Shown: positions 11,800 to 23,454 of the stretch, in pieces
How the letters are laid out: each line of letters begins with the position of its first letter
How positions within the stretch are numbered: the first letter of the stretch is position 1
NCBI RefSeq assembly: GCF_001194135.2
Contig: NC_068981.1
Coordinates: 57,061,377-57,099,225 of the forward strand
Direction: 5' to 3'
Source of the DNA: Octopus bimaculoides
Taxonomy: Eukaryota
DNA: 37,849 bases
Notes under the pieces: generated by a model
What the model saw: the letters and a program-made list of their open reading frames with translations, nothing else
Database searches by the model: none
Told to the model about the DNA's origin: nothing
Translations under genes and position numbers: made by a program

Positions 11800-13030
11800 T
11801 AACACTGTACAACAATGATTTTGCTACAGAGAAGAGAACATAATTTTCTGGAACAGTTTAGATAACGAAAATGAACTCCGTTTTTCATGAAGTGACTCCA
11901 GTGTTTCGTTAAATGGACCGCCACTAAACGGTATATTTTTGCCAGAAATGGGCCGTTTTCCGTGAAAATAACATTTTTTCCTAGAATTAAAGCGACTTTT
12001 CTACAAAATGGGCTGTTATTAATAGTAAATACGTTATTTGCGTCTTTTATTAAAGGAAGAACATCTATCTTTTAGTACAATATTTATGTTTCTTTCTAGA
12101 AACCAGCAAAAGTCAGCAAGCATGGCTGGACTCAACTTCCCCTTATATCGAGTTTCCATTTGACTTATGTCTTGGTGGATCGCTCACCATGTTCGTCGCT
12201 GACGTCTGCTGCATTCTGAGGAAATAAAGCTAGATGCGAATGCAAATAGTGAACTTTTAACGACATATTACACCCTAATAATTTGTAAGAATCAATCAAC
12301 TTTTCTTCAGGTACTTCATAGTTGGCTGCTTGTGCTTCCTGAGTAAACCATTACGCACGTTTCTGAAACTTTGCCATGCCTCCAATACCAATATATTTAA
12401 GGTGTTTTCAAAATTATCGTCTGTCAAAAGTTGCCGAAATAGCAGTCAGAATGGTGGTCTTGTGGTTCACGCCAAATCATTGAAATGCCAAACTATACTT
12501 CTTGACTTTCCCAAGACCATTTTGAAAGACCAATGGTACATGTGCAACAGATATATGGTGCCCGACTTTTATCTTGGTCTCCTATCTTGACACCAAAGTA
12601 TAAGTAATGCTGTTTTTTTTTTTTTTGTTTTTTTTTTACTAACGGAATGTCACAGCACCAAGGATATAACAAAATTTGTCTGGGGGATTTCTACACTGAC
12701 TTCTTCGCATTTTAATGCAATTTTTATTCTAATTAAATATTTATAAGTATTTTATAGTTTTTTTTTTCTCTGAAAATCTGAAAAATTAAAATTATAAAAA
12801 TACCCTAATATAAAAAAACCGAATTACCACAAAGTAGAGTCATTCTGTGAGAAACGGTTGCCATTTTCGTGATCTACGCATAAAATTACCCAAGAAAATG
12901 TTATCCTCATCTCTGTAATCGAAATAATGTTCATTTTTGTTGTACATTGTAACTGAGAAATGAGAAGAAAGTCATTTGAAGCCGGTTTCAAATCACGACT
13001 ATAGCCGCTCTGCTTATGTCACTGAAGTGC
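11800..13030 (-). mobile_element. Chapaev-type (CMC superfamily) DNA transposon remnant
   Basis: Minus frame at about 12436-12582 reads GDQDKSRAPYICCTC..W..FGISMIWREPQDHHSDCYF, matching the Chapa-type zinc-binding motif (D..H..C..C..W..H...C.FC). The CAC...GTG candidate ends at about 11803 and 13029 are tentative. Confidence 0.62.
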
Positions 13031-13366
13031 ATCATAAAAATAAATTATCATAAATTCCTGCTGATTTTAATATAGAGAGATTTGAAGATTTGATTGTTTT
13101 CTGTCTTGTCACAAGAAAGCAATATTTGAAATGCACGCGAGCTTAAAATCTAATCTAGTTCCAGGAGAAAACTGTTGAAGTCAATTTATTTTGAACCTAT
13201 TACAAATAGTCATTAAACAGTATTAGTATTTTCTGCATAATGGTGAATTGTGTTTAAAATAAATCGATAAATTCTAAAATATATTGAAATTGTGGTAGAG
13301 AGTTACGTTTCTTTAAAAAAAATTTAACCTTTCATAAACAGAAGGTTAAAATCTGTTAAATGAAAC

Positions 13367-13433
<67 letters not shown>

Positions 13434-13506
13434 GCACACATATATATACACACTCATATGTATGTATGTATGTATGTATGTGTGTATGTATGTATGTATG
13501 TATGTA

Positions 13507-13551
<45 letters not shown>

Positions 13552-13560
13552 ATATACATA
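13367..13560. repeat. (GATA)n-(TATG)n-(TA)n compound microsatellite
   Basis: Directly visible. Confidence 0.97.
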
Positions 13561-13572
13561 AATTTATATAAA

Positions 13573-13834
13573 GGGCATTAACTGTGTAGTAATGCCTCNN
13601 NNNNNNNNTATCTTGACCATACGTGTACTGATGAACAAAAGAATGCAGGTTACTTCACAGTTTGTCTGTATTTGATTGAGAAACCAGTGGTCTACCGTTG
13701 AGTTAAATGTTTTTAAGAGATGAATTTTGAAAGCTGCATTCCCTCGCTTTCAGTAAATATGTTGCTTATTTTTTGGTAGTTTTTGACTTATTTAGTCCCT
13801 CGAAGCGTGAGGCATTACTACACAGTAAATGCCC
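13573..13834. mobile_element. MITE with 26-bp TIRs
   Basis: GGGCATTAACTGTGTAGTAATGCCTC (13573-13598) and GAGGCATTACTACACAGTAAATGCCC (13809-13834) are inverted with 1 mismatch. Both sides are flanked by TTTATATAAA, and there is an internal N gap. Confidence 0.7.
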
Positions 13835-14100
13835 TTTATATAAATTTATATATATTTATAAAAAAATGATGAATTTTTTTCATTACGAAATTTTTTTCAT
13901 TATGAGGTTTTTTCACGCTGACTACTTTATAAATTCTTATAAAGAATTTATCCTATATTATATTATATATATACATATATATATTTATATATATTTATAT
14001 ATCCACTTAAAAATGAATGTTATGTTAGGTCACAAAATACTGCGATAGCTACCAAGAGGGAACCTCTTATATAGGCTTTTGTGTGTGTGTGTGTGTGTGA

Positions 14101-15060
14101 TGTGAAGGAGGAAAAGACGAAAGCAGAGAGAGAATTACGATAGTCTTACCTGTCTATCTGGAAGGGTCATACACAAGGTCCACGTGCTCAGTCTGCCGCT
14201 GTACCGTCTGACAAGTCTGCTCTCGTACGCTGTCCCCTACCAACTGACAGCTCACGCCTCGCCGACCCCGCCTGCCCTCCGTTGAGACCCACAGGCCCCA
14301 CTTCCGACAGGACATGTGTACTCCATCACTTCCAGTCCTTTCCTACAACACAGCCTAACTCATAGCACCACACGCACCACCACCCCCGATCTGAAGATCA
14401 ACCAGTCTGCCCACACCCTCTCCTCAACCCTGGTCGCATGCCTTAACTTGTCTCGTAATCAACCAACCAGTGTGGAGGGCACCGCTCCCTCTGCGACCAC
14501 CGCGGGACTTCAGGACTAGCCTTAGTCCCTGGCATGTTGCTACCGGCTTCGTCCTCTTATCCATTACTGTTGGCTCCATCTTCCGTTGCATTGATGATCC
14601 TGCGCACATCCAAAACATGACGTGACATGCCATCTACGGACACATTGTTTCTCGAATCTACAAAGGTTATTGTCCCCTTTCCCCATTGCGATGTGCACCG
14701 CGCATTTAGGGATTTAACCCAGACGTCTTCTCCGACCTGCACAAAGGCATGATCGTTCTCTTCTGTGGGTTGCAAGGCAGTACATAGATGTCTCCATTCG
14801 TACTTGAATATTGCCCTGTGCAGCACTGACTCGTCAGCCTGTCTCGACCTGGGCGACATATTATACCAAAAAACGGCTTCGACCGGTGAGATGTGGCCCC
14901 CTCTCTGCTATGGTCTTGATGGTGCGATGATGCCTCTCCACAAACCCATTGCCACTTGGCCAGTATGCCGCTTTGAAAAAACGGCTAACATGCCACTTGT
15001 CGAGCTTCTCCCCACTTGCGGTCCTGAGTTCGATTTTGCGATTTTACAGCGAGGTATCTT
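14101..15060 (-). mobile_element. Gypsy/Ty3 LTR retrotransposon 3' fragment (integrase core and C-terminus, probable PPT and 3' LTR about 14101-14380)
   Basis: Minus frames read KWHVSRFFKAAYWPSGNGFVERHHRTIKTIAERG, then SPVEAVFWYNMSPRS, then VQVGEDVWVKSLNARCTSQWGKGTI. A purine-rich tract lies at about 14380-14391, and the element ends in ...CCTTCACA at 14101. The LTR start is uncertain. Confidence 0.85.
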
Positions 15061-15084
15061 GAGCAAGTATATTTAGTATAGCTT

Positions 15085-15330
15085 CAGATCCAGTCGAGTA
15101 TAGGCGTGTGTCTTAGAAGTGAGAACAGGAAGGTCATTAACCTTCAGCCGGAAGACAGCTTGACGTACACCAGACCAGATAAAGTGTGGATCGAAAAGAG
15201 TCTGTCTGCATACAGTAGTGAATACTGACAGGAAGCTCCCGATCCAGGAGTATATTGATCTCTTTTGTAGGCAACATAACAAGGCGGTTTTCGTTTCTAA
15301 CACGGTAAAAGTTTTTGCTCATGTCATGTA
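15085..15330 (-). mobile_element. CR1/L2-group LINE RT fragment
   Basis: QKRSIYSWIGSFLS...FIWSGVRQ..F.LKVNDLP resembles the CR1 motifs WI.SFLS.R.Q / SGVPQG / YINDLP. Confidence 0.55.
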
Positions 15331-15399
15331 CAATAAATGCTGCTTCTGCTGAAGTTCTGAACCGTTAAACATCACCAGCACGTTACGTAAGAAAATTAA

Positions 15400-16290
15400 T
15401 CGCTAGTAGATCATCTCTACATTTATTGAACTTGCATCCATTGAAAAGTGTGAGAATCAAAATTATGAAAAAGACGATTGTCTATCTCTCCTTTTATCAT
15501 ATTTGAAATGTTGGATAAAGGAGCAATTGGTCAATAAGTGACAGGTTTTGTCGAGAATAAAAGCGAGGAGCAAATAAATGTGAAAGCCATTTTTCGGTGG
15601 TATTGTTGGTAATAAGGCCATGTTGATTGAAGGATGGTGAATCGACTGTGAAGTGAGAAACATTCACCGAAGCTTATACGAAACTTGTAAATGTTACCCT
15701 TCAGGAAGAAACTACTCACCAAATTAACCCAAATTGTAAAAGTAACTGGCTGAAAATTTCAACAAAAACTACTACGTAAATTTGTTTTTATTTATCCCGA
15801 ACCTTCTCAGCTTTTTAGCAATAGAAAATGACAGTTGTTTCTTTAGCATTTAGTGTTGCGGTCAACTATTTTCTAGGTCTGTAATAGAAAAAGGAAACCA
15901 ATCCAATCTATCTTCAAAGAAAGACAGGGATCCCGGCTTATAAAATCAGTAGGCTTACTCAATAATTGATGGATAAATCTGATAGTAAAACAAAAATAAT
16001 TGACTTCTATAGTACTTTTGAGACTGGTGAATGAAGCTTTTATTTTTTAAATCCGATTAAACTCTAAATTTTAAAACGTATTTTCTTTGTGCACCCAGAT
16101 TTCTTTTTACATTTAGTGAACGTTGTACTTGTTATGATTGCATAATCTAGTATCATTCATTAATCATTCTTTTCTAACTTCAACAGTAACAAATGGTAGA
16201 AACAGAATTCTTATATAAGAGTGGCTCCATTTATCTTTTTTAAGGTTCTGAGTGTGACTAGCATCAACAATTTTCGACGACAAATTTCAG
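15400..16290 (+). mobile_element. Highly decayed CR1-type LINE 3' fragment
   Basis: Stop-riddled frames read LKCWIKEQLVNK*QV...FFGGIVG and, near the end, RVAPF...VTSINNFRRQI (cf. RVV..WN.LP..VV.A.S.N.FK..LD). Confidence 0.42.
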
Positions 16291-17189
16291 GAAGCAGACA
16301 ACCTTTTTTCACCATTCTTATTTCTCGCTAGAGAATACTCTCTGCACTACATTACTGTCACTTTTTATCTTGTCAAAACCTTTTTATCCAGTTAACATTA
16401 TATGCAACCATCAGCAAAACAAGGCTTTATCAGATCTTTTCAGCATGAGAGTCTGATCTTGGGATTAGGTATTTTTTATGATAGGGGACACTCTCTCAAC
16501 AGTTGCTGAGATTCCAAATAAACAAAAGACAAACTAGGTAACGTACATGAAATTAGAAAGTTGAATGTTGCTACTGTTTTCTTTCTTGTTGACTTTTTGT
16601 TAAGTTATGGAACGATTGAATCCATTTTCCTGCATAATTGATCAGTGTCTTTTCCCAGCCTTCTATTTCAGTATAGTCAGCCTCGTTTTACTTTGCTACC
16701 ACAATCTCATCAAAAAGATTATCAACACTATACTATGAATATTCTATATATGCTATCGATATATTTTGATTTTCCAAATTTTCTTATGAATATATTTCTC
16801 GCTTTATTCATTTATAATCATCTAAGTCTCCTAAACTATTCTCCTAATACCATAAATAACAGTCTTCATGGACACCATTAACTTAATAATATTTTGTTTT
16901 TAATTGAAATTAACTTACGTCACAAGAAATTTATTCCTTGTGAAGCGCAACTATTATTTTTCTTGTCTTTCAAATTAATCTCCAGGATATGTTGTTAATT
17001 ATGCATTTGTCATACAAAGATTATTTTTCTATCTATCTTTAATATTTGCTTCCTCAGAAGAAGACGTTTTAGGAGACCCCGGATTTGATATTAGAAATTA
17101 AGGAAGAATTCACAGATTCATGTATTATTCTCGGACCTGAGATCTACACTGACTGTTTCTAAAAAAGTAATCTGCTAAAGGTACCCAAG

Positions 17190-17340
17190 GCTTAGATGGT
17201 GGTGTCAAATCAGGTGTTGTATGAAGTCAAACACTTATGAACAGATACAGTCTGTCTGACGGACTTCCAAATACTATGTGCCTACCCAAATTCGCTCGCA
17301 AGCCTTAAATTTAGTCAAGGCTGTAGTAGAAGACACTACT
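17190..17340 (-). mobile_element. Degenerate SINE family A fragment
   Basis: GACGGACTTCC...CCAAATTCGCTCGCAAGCC...GGCTGTAGTAGAAGACACT. Confidence 0.55.
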
Positions 17341-18114
17341 AATTGCTAATCGATCTACTTAATAACAGAGCTTTGAAGTTATTCAACAAATGTAGTAGCT
17401 CGTAAACTAACCATGTATACTATTTGACGTGACGTCTGCAAAAACTGTTCAATCCTCTAGATTAATTTATCAAATATAATACTTATTTATCCACATGTGA
17501 ACTCAGAAAATAGAGACGTACGAAATGCTGCTAAACATTTTAACCTACCTGCGTGCTAACGCTTCTGCCTTAGGAGAGTCAAATATTAAGAGTTGTTACT
17601 TACAGATATGTAATTATAATTCGTATATGATGGAGTAAATAAATATTGTGCGATGTTTACAATTGTAACCCAAGGGTGGCTGCAGGTTACGCCGCAAGAG
17701 CTAAAACCATAGCCTCAGCATCAACCTTAGCAACTTACTGCGTTTGTGCCAGATACTTTAGAAGTTGCTGTAACAAGAGATATTTTATAGGTTTTTACTT
17801 TTAAATAGTCTTCAATATCCACACTTTTCTTATAGTTTACCGTGAATGCTGACCTACCCTGAACATGATCTCGGGTTTCTTCTTCTCGTGCTTCCTACAG
17901 AAAGGGGGAAATTTTCCAACTTCTATATATAACAATATATTTGTATTTCTGTTAGGAACTGTTGTCTGGGATGAATTAGTTAACAAATATCTTCCATTGT
18001 CTACAGCTATAAGCATATGCGTGTGTGTGTGCACGTGTGTATGTGTGTGCGCGCGCGCGCGTGTGTGTGTGTGTGTGATGTAAGCATAACGCCGAAATAT
18101 GAATGAATGACAGA

Positions 18115-18230
18115 GTCGGCAGAGTGCCGGAAAAAGTGGCATGCAGTATACACTTAAGTTCTCATTTCGAATCTATCCGGGTTCGGCTTTGCCTTTCATC
18201 TTTACGTAATCGATAAAATAAGTACAATAA
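18115..18230 (+). mobile_element. Degenerate SINE family B fragment
   Basis: GGCTTTGCCTTTCATCTTTACGTAATCGATAAAATAAGTAC. Confidence 0.55.
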
Positions 18231-19044
18231 TATACTATGATAGTGAAAGTAGACTGAATCGATACTTCTTTGCATATGAATTTGTATCACCGTACAAAAT
18301 TATAAATCACTTCCTCCCTACTTTATCTCTCTCTCATCATCCTATCCTTTTTTTTTTCTCTCTTTTTGTTTCAATTTTTTTTTTTTTTTCATGGTCCGAG
18401 CGCCTCCGGAAAGACATATTTCAATTGAACATTTATTGAGTATGTGTATGCTTATTAGAATCAATCAGTTCTTACTGCTATAACTACAGGGCTAGATGCA
18501 TTATTCTACACAAGTTTGTTCTAAATCTCATTTTACTTCACATTTGTCGATTCCCATCGCCTGGGATCTTTTTTGCAGTATTGAAGTTGACGGCATACGG
18601 ACAAAAATAATACGAAATTGTGGAAACACCACAAACGTCGGCGAATGAGCATGAAAACTGCTCGTTGCACGTTTCATAATCTTTTTACAAAATGATTCGA
18701 CTTTTAAGATGGAAGATCGTCGTGTCACGACACAATCTTCGACTTTCTATTTTAAAGAAAACTGCAGAGCTGCTCGTGACCACAATTTGGACCCAATCTT
18801 CATTTTGAAAACGAGTGATCAAACTGAAACTTACCCTGAAAATGTAACTACGGAATCGATAAAAATGTAACTGGGGTTAATTTTCCACTTCATGTAGGGA
18901 AAGAGAAGAATAACTGGATTCTGAAGTCAAAATTGAACTTCTAAATGTTATTACGGTTATATCGAATGAACATGAAATGATGAATCAAGTTTCTGGTAAC
19001 CAACTGAATCTTTCAAGTTTTACAGACCGATAAATGCAATAATC

Positions 19045-19250
19045 TTTTCTACACAGGACCCGAAATTTGGGGGGAGGGGTCAGTCGATTAGATCGACCCA
19101 AGTACGCAACTGATACTTAATTTATCGACCTCAAAATGATGAAAGGCAAAGTTGACCTCGGCGGAATTTGAAGTCAGAACATAAAGATAAACGAAATACC
19201 GCTAAGCATTTCGCCCAGCGTGCTAACGTTTCTGCCAGCTTGCTGCTTTC
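19045..19250 (-). mobile_element. tRNA-derived SINE (family B)
   Basis: GTCGATTAGATCGACCC...TACTTAATTTATCGACC...GGCAAAGTTGACCTCGGCGGAATTTGAA...GCTAAGCATTTCGCCCAGCGTGCTAACG. Confidence 0.85.
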
Positions 19251-19259
19251 GATCAATGC

Positions 19260-19925
19260 AATAATACCTTGCCAATGATGTCTTTGATTCTGTAAATGAA
19301 GAACTTATCAATATATTTCATGGGGAAAATAATCTCTTGCACCCTGCAAGGATGAACAGAATCTCTACAATTCTGCAATGAAGTTCATTAACAGCTGTAG
19401 CATTGGTGGAGTGCAATCTCCTCTATACTTTAACCTCGAAAAAGGGATTTACTGAAATGCTGTTGGGCAATATAAATAAGGTTAGTTGTGTTTGTAATAG
19501 AAAATAACTCGAATAACCCAGCTATGTGAACGCACGATTACAGGTGACAGTGTTATAAAAGGTGAATATTATGGAGAAACTTGGTTCTGTGCTAAGAATT
19601 AAACTGCATCTTTCTGACACCACTCTTACATCTACCTTTATGCAATTACAGCTTCTACTTTGAGTGGATTTCGCAGTGACAGTCAGTAAATAAATCTTTG
19701 TACCAGTTATTCTGTAAAAGAGCTTTATTTTTAAATCTTTCCTAATTGACATATTGCGCAGAGTGAGTATGCCAAGAATTACGTAGAGCACTCCGAGTAT
19801 AATTTCAATGATGAAAAATACCACTAACATTGTGTTCACTGAAATTTTATAATGTTAATGCCTATGATTTTACTTGACTACAAAACAAGTCAGTGAACTC
19901 TGGCGAAAAGCAGGGAGAGCGATAG
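19260..19925 (+). mobile_element. Helitron RepHel helicase C-terminal remnant with decayed 3' end
   Basis: Interrupted frames read KFINS..GGV, MLLGNIN...CN, ITQLCERTI..IKGEYYGE, RIKLHLSDTTL..F..LQ, DFAVTVSK and RRVS...TTNIVFTEIL*. These are collinear with the Pif1/Helitron motifs MLLRNL..LCNG, PRI.L..SD..LPF, FAMTINKSQ and T.NIVY.EVL. A degenerate hairpin lies at about 19898-19924. Confidence 0.8.
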
Positions 19926-20049
19926 ACTTACTGTACATGGGTGAAAGAATAAATAGATTGAGAAAGGCGAACAGAGAGTTAATGCACATAGAGTATTGAA
20001 ACAACCAAAAGGCGACTGGCTTTTCATCGTTGCTTTGAACTAAATGGTA

Positions 20050-20078
20050 TCTATATATATAAAAATGAGAATGTGGGG

Positions 20079-20110
<32 letters not shown>

Positions 20111-20385
20111 GTGTGTGAATCCCTAAAACTCTAGAACTACGCAACCAATTTCATTCAAATTTTACAGATGCCTTACTTAGGGTTCCAGTTGTGTTTTAGT
20201 CAAAAAAATTTTAACTTCTTGCAGAGTTCGAGCCCACGGCAACATAATATCTCCTCCACTATTTAAGTATTACGTGTCAAAAGTGAAACAAAAACACTCA
20301 TGTCAAATACTTTCACTTTAAAAATGAAACTATTCTACTAACTGAAACAATCACATTTCGATACTGTAATGACAGATACTTTCAG

Positions 20386-20434
<49 letters not shown>

Positions 20435-21180
20435 GAGAAAGAGAGAAAGAGATGTATATGTACACGCATATGCATAGATATATATATAGATATAGATCTA
20501 TATGCATATATGTAATATGTACACATATATACATATATATACATGCATACAGATATCTATACATATATACACCCATCACACACAAACACATGCACACAAA
20601 CACACACATTAGTCATTTGTTTTCTTATCCAAAACTACGTCAAAAGTACTAAACGGATCTTTATGAAATTTGGAAATTATATTCTATGTATAACGGCCAT
20701 AACTCCCATGAAAATTCATATATTTTTGATGTTGATGAAATTTTAACCCGAACATAACAGATGAGCATTATTTGTAATTCAACGGTACAACAGTGTAAGA
20801 CTACCCTTTCAGATATACTTACATTGTGATTTCTGCAATGTGGTGCATAAATTGTCAAGTAAATGAGACGCATCTTTGCCTCCACTGATTCACTTGCAAA
20901 GTGTTGAGTAAAATTATTTCGTTGCAGACCTCCTTTGGGTCTTTTTATTATCACTGCGACACACATAGTCCCCAGTTGGTAACATTGATTTCAAGGCCCT
21001 CCTAAATGAGCGACTGGCATTCCACTTAATGTCTATGTTCCATGCTAGCATGGATTGGAGAGTTATTAATGTAGAAATATGGTATCGTAGCTACTAACAG
21101 TTGAGGGTTGCGTAGTCTAGACGGCGTTTTTAGATTTCATTATTCTCTTTAACCCGGGCAAAGCCGGGTATTTCTGCTAG
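20050..21180 (+). mobile_element. Non-autonomous Helitron
   Basis: Starts A|TC-TATATATATAAAAATG at 20050. Ends with hairpin CCCGG-GCAAAG-CCGGG (21153-21168) and CTAG (21177-21180) followed by T, i.e. canonical insertion between A and T. Internal (GTCT)n and GA-rich microsatellites. Confidence 0.85.
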
Positions 21181-21596
21181 TACTTTATAAATGGCAGAGT
21201 GAAAGAAGGGACTGTTATATTGCTAAACTTAATTACAGCAATAAACTAAATTCTGTAGGAACAGTTATTGGTTTTTACTGTTCCTCTGCTTGCTTCATAA
21301 TTTTTTTTTTTTTACAATGACATAAAGCCATAAATTTGTAGGTGAAATCTTTAGTCAGTTAAAATCACTCCAATACATGACTGGTATATTTTTATGGTCT
21401 CTGAGGGGAAGAAAAACACAATAGGGGAGGGAGTATGTAGATATGAATAAACGGCTTAACATTTATTGAAATGCATAAGAACACAAATAGCTTTGCTTAA
21501 AACACATGTAGATATTATAAAAATAGAAGTAATCAAAGAATTTCACAGAGATGCCTTCTGCATGAAGTTAAATGGAAGCTAACATATTTTATGAAG

Positions 21597-22410
21597 TGGG
21601 ATCTATTCAATTTGACGGACAGATTTTTTAATTACTAAACACTTTGAAACTTCGGATACTGGTAGAATGTGTCACATAGAACAGGGTTTACTCTTAACGT
21701 TTTTGACACATTCTGGTCAGAAGCTTCTAAGCTTTCTGTACAAAAGATCTCGCAGCATTTAGCCAGTTGGCAATTTCTAAATCGCTGCGTATCACATATA
21801 TGACAATAATGACAGCATGTATTTTCATTTATGGAGCATTTTCTCTATCATGCCTTCAATAAGCAAATTGAAGGAAGCTGTGTCTAATGTGTGGACTGAT
21901 GTAATTTCTTTTGACAGAGTTGTGTGCCCGCTGTTTTAGACTGAGCGAAGGTAAAACGGTAAGTAGAGATAATACGATAAACACCAAGTCAAAGGCTTGT
22001 ACCACAGTAAAGGTGTCATCACAGTAAAAGAATAACAATCAGCAGTATTGGCAACGTTGATACCTTTGGACTGATAATAAGAGTGTTGATGAAGACAAGT
22101 GAAATGTAATTGTGAAGGACCACGATGGATTTGCAAGTCCTTACTAGGACCATCTATTATCGATGAAGAAACAGAAGCGTTAAGACTGGCAGTGAAGAGT
22201 AAAACACCCAACGGTTATAGTTTCGATTACTATCCCAAACAGCAGTAGCTTTCTTCAACCGAATACACGTCGTTGATTGATTAAAATTATCCAAATACGA
22301 CAATTTTAATACGAAATAACTTCTAGAATACGAAATTTGATCAAAAACGTTCGGAGTAAACCGTGTCCTACGTGAGAAATTCTACCAGTATTCGAAGTTT
22401 CAAACAAAGC
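21597..22410. mobile_element. Rearranged fold-back derivative of the neighbouring maT element's 5' region
   Basis: 21597-21708 matches about 23461-23580 directly. About 21703-21815 is the reverse complement of about 23760-23875, and about 22225-22410 is the reverse complement of about 23515-23695. Roughly 400 bp of unrelated sequence lies between the inverted parts. Confidence 0.72.
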
Positions 22411-23454
22411 ACTTCATCTCACATTGACACTTGACCAGTGGTTCACCGTGCACCTGTTCAGGCAACATCGATTTGATGGAAGGAATGAGCCAATGTGCAG
22501 CACAAACATTTGATCACTATAAACAAATCATTCGTGCAGGTCGTTCGGCTAAAGCTGAACACTCAAACGTCGTCTTCGACGGGAGAATCTGCCACTGAGT
22601 CCAGTACCGAGCGCAGCTCTGTGTGTCTTGAGTATGTGTTGTGATTTGTATTTTTTTTTTTTTGTGTTGTTAGTTTTACCATATTGAAAGTGCTTTACAT
22701 AGGATGTACGCGGTGTCTAGTAGTGCTACTTTCTGTATGTTACATACATTCGTAAGTCCTGGTGTTTTGCTTATGTGTTTATTCTGTATGGTTTTCAATC
22801 ATACCTAATGTACCTATTATTATAGGAATTGTTTGTTTTTAGGCTCCACATTCGGGTTATCTGCTCAATATTGATGACAAAATAGGTAGAGCACCGGACA
22901 AAATTCTTTGTTGTTTTTAGTTAAAATCCCACCGAAATAGATTTCCCACTTTCCACCTTCCAGGTTTGGCAAAATAAGGCATCACGCAAATTCCAATGTT
23001 CATTAAAATGATTACATTCACATCTAAATTAGAAATCATTATTTTGATTTGGTTTGCTACGTTTCTTTACGTTCTGAGTTCAAAGTCATTTTTGTGGTAT
23101 CGATTCATTCAACTTATACTCTTTGTGTGGCTTTGGGCCAAACTGAGAAAGCATTATTATAGACGGTTGGAATAAATGCACTACCAGATTTTGTTTTTCT
23201 TCCGTCAGCGTTAGATATGTAAATTCTTCTGCTTTCGACTTTGCCTTTTAGCTCTTCGGTGCTGACAAAATAGGTATCATTCGAAAAATGTTGCCAATTT
23301 ATACGACTATATATCGCTTAGTCAAGTTCAGGGTCTTGCGCCGATGCAAGAAATCATTATTCAAGAGTCATTTCCATCACTTTTCTTCACAACACCTATT
23401 GTTTTATTTTCATTATGGATATTATTTTAACTGAGCGAAATTATTTTTGGTTCA

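Noticed and set aside
15856-15940. Plus-strand CCG codons after an AG, suggestive of a tetraspanin large loop
   Set aside because: The frame closes quickly, it lies inside the CR1 remnant, and the tetraspanin hypothesis was already rejected.
15647-15978. Cluster of minus-strand splice signals suggesting 20- and 30-nt micro-exons with 74-80-nt introns
   Set aside because: No coherent reading frame links them, and the region is better explained as antisense of a decayed CR1 LINE in AT-rich DNA.
19522-19839. Minus-strand hydrophobic ORF (NTMLVVFFIIEIILGVLYVILGIL) resembling a tetraspanin or TMEM17/216 transmembrane exon with plausible splice sites
   Set aside because: The plus strand of the same bases encodes collinear Helitron helicase motifs, so the ORF is an antisense shadow.
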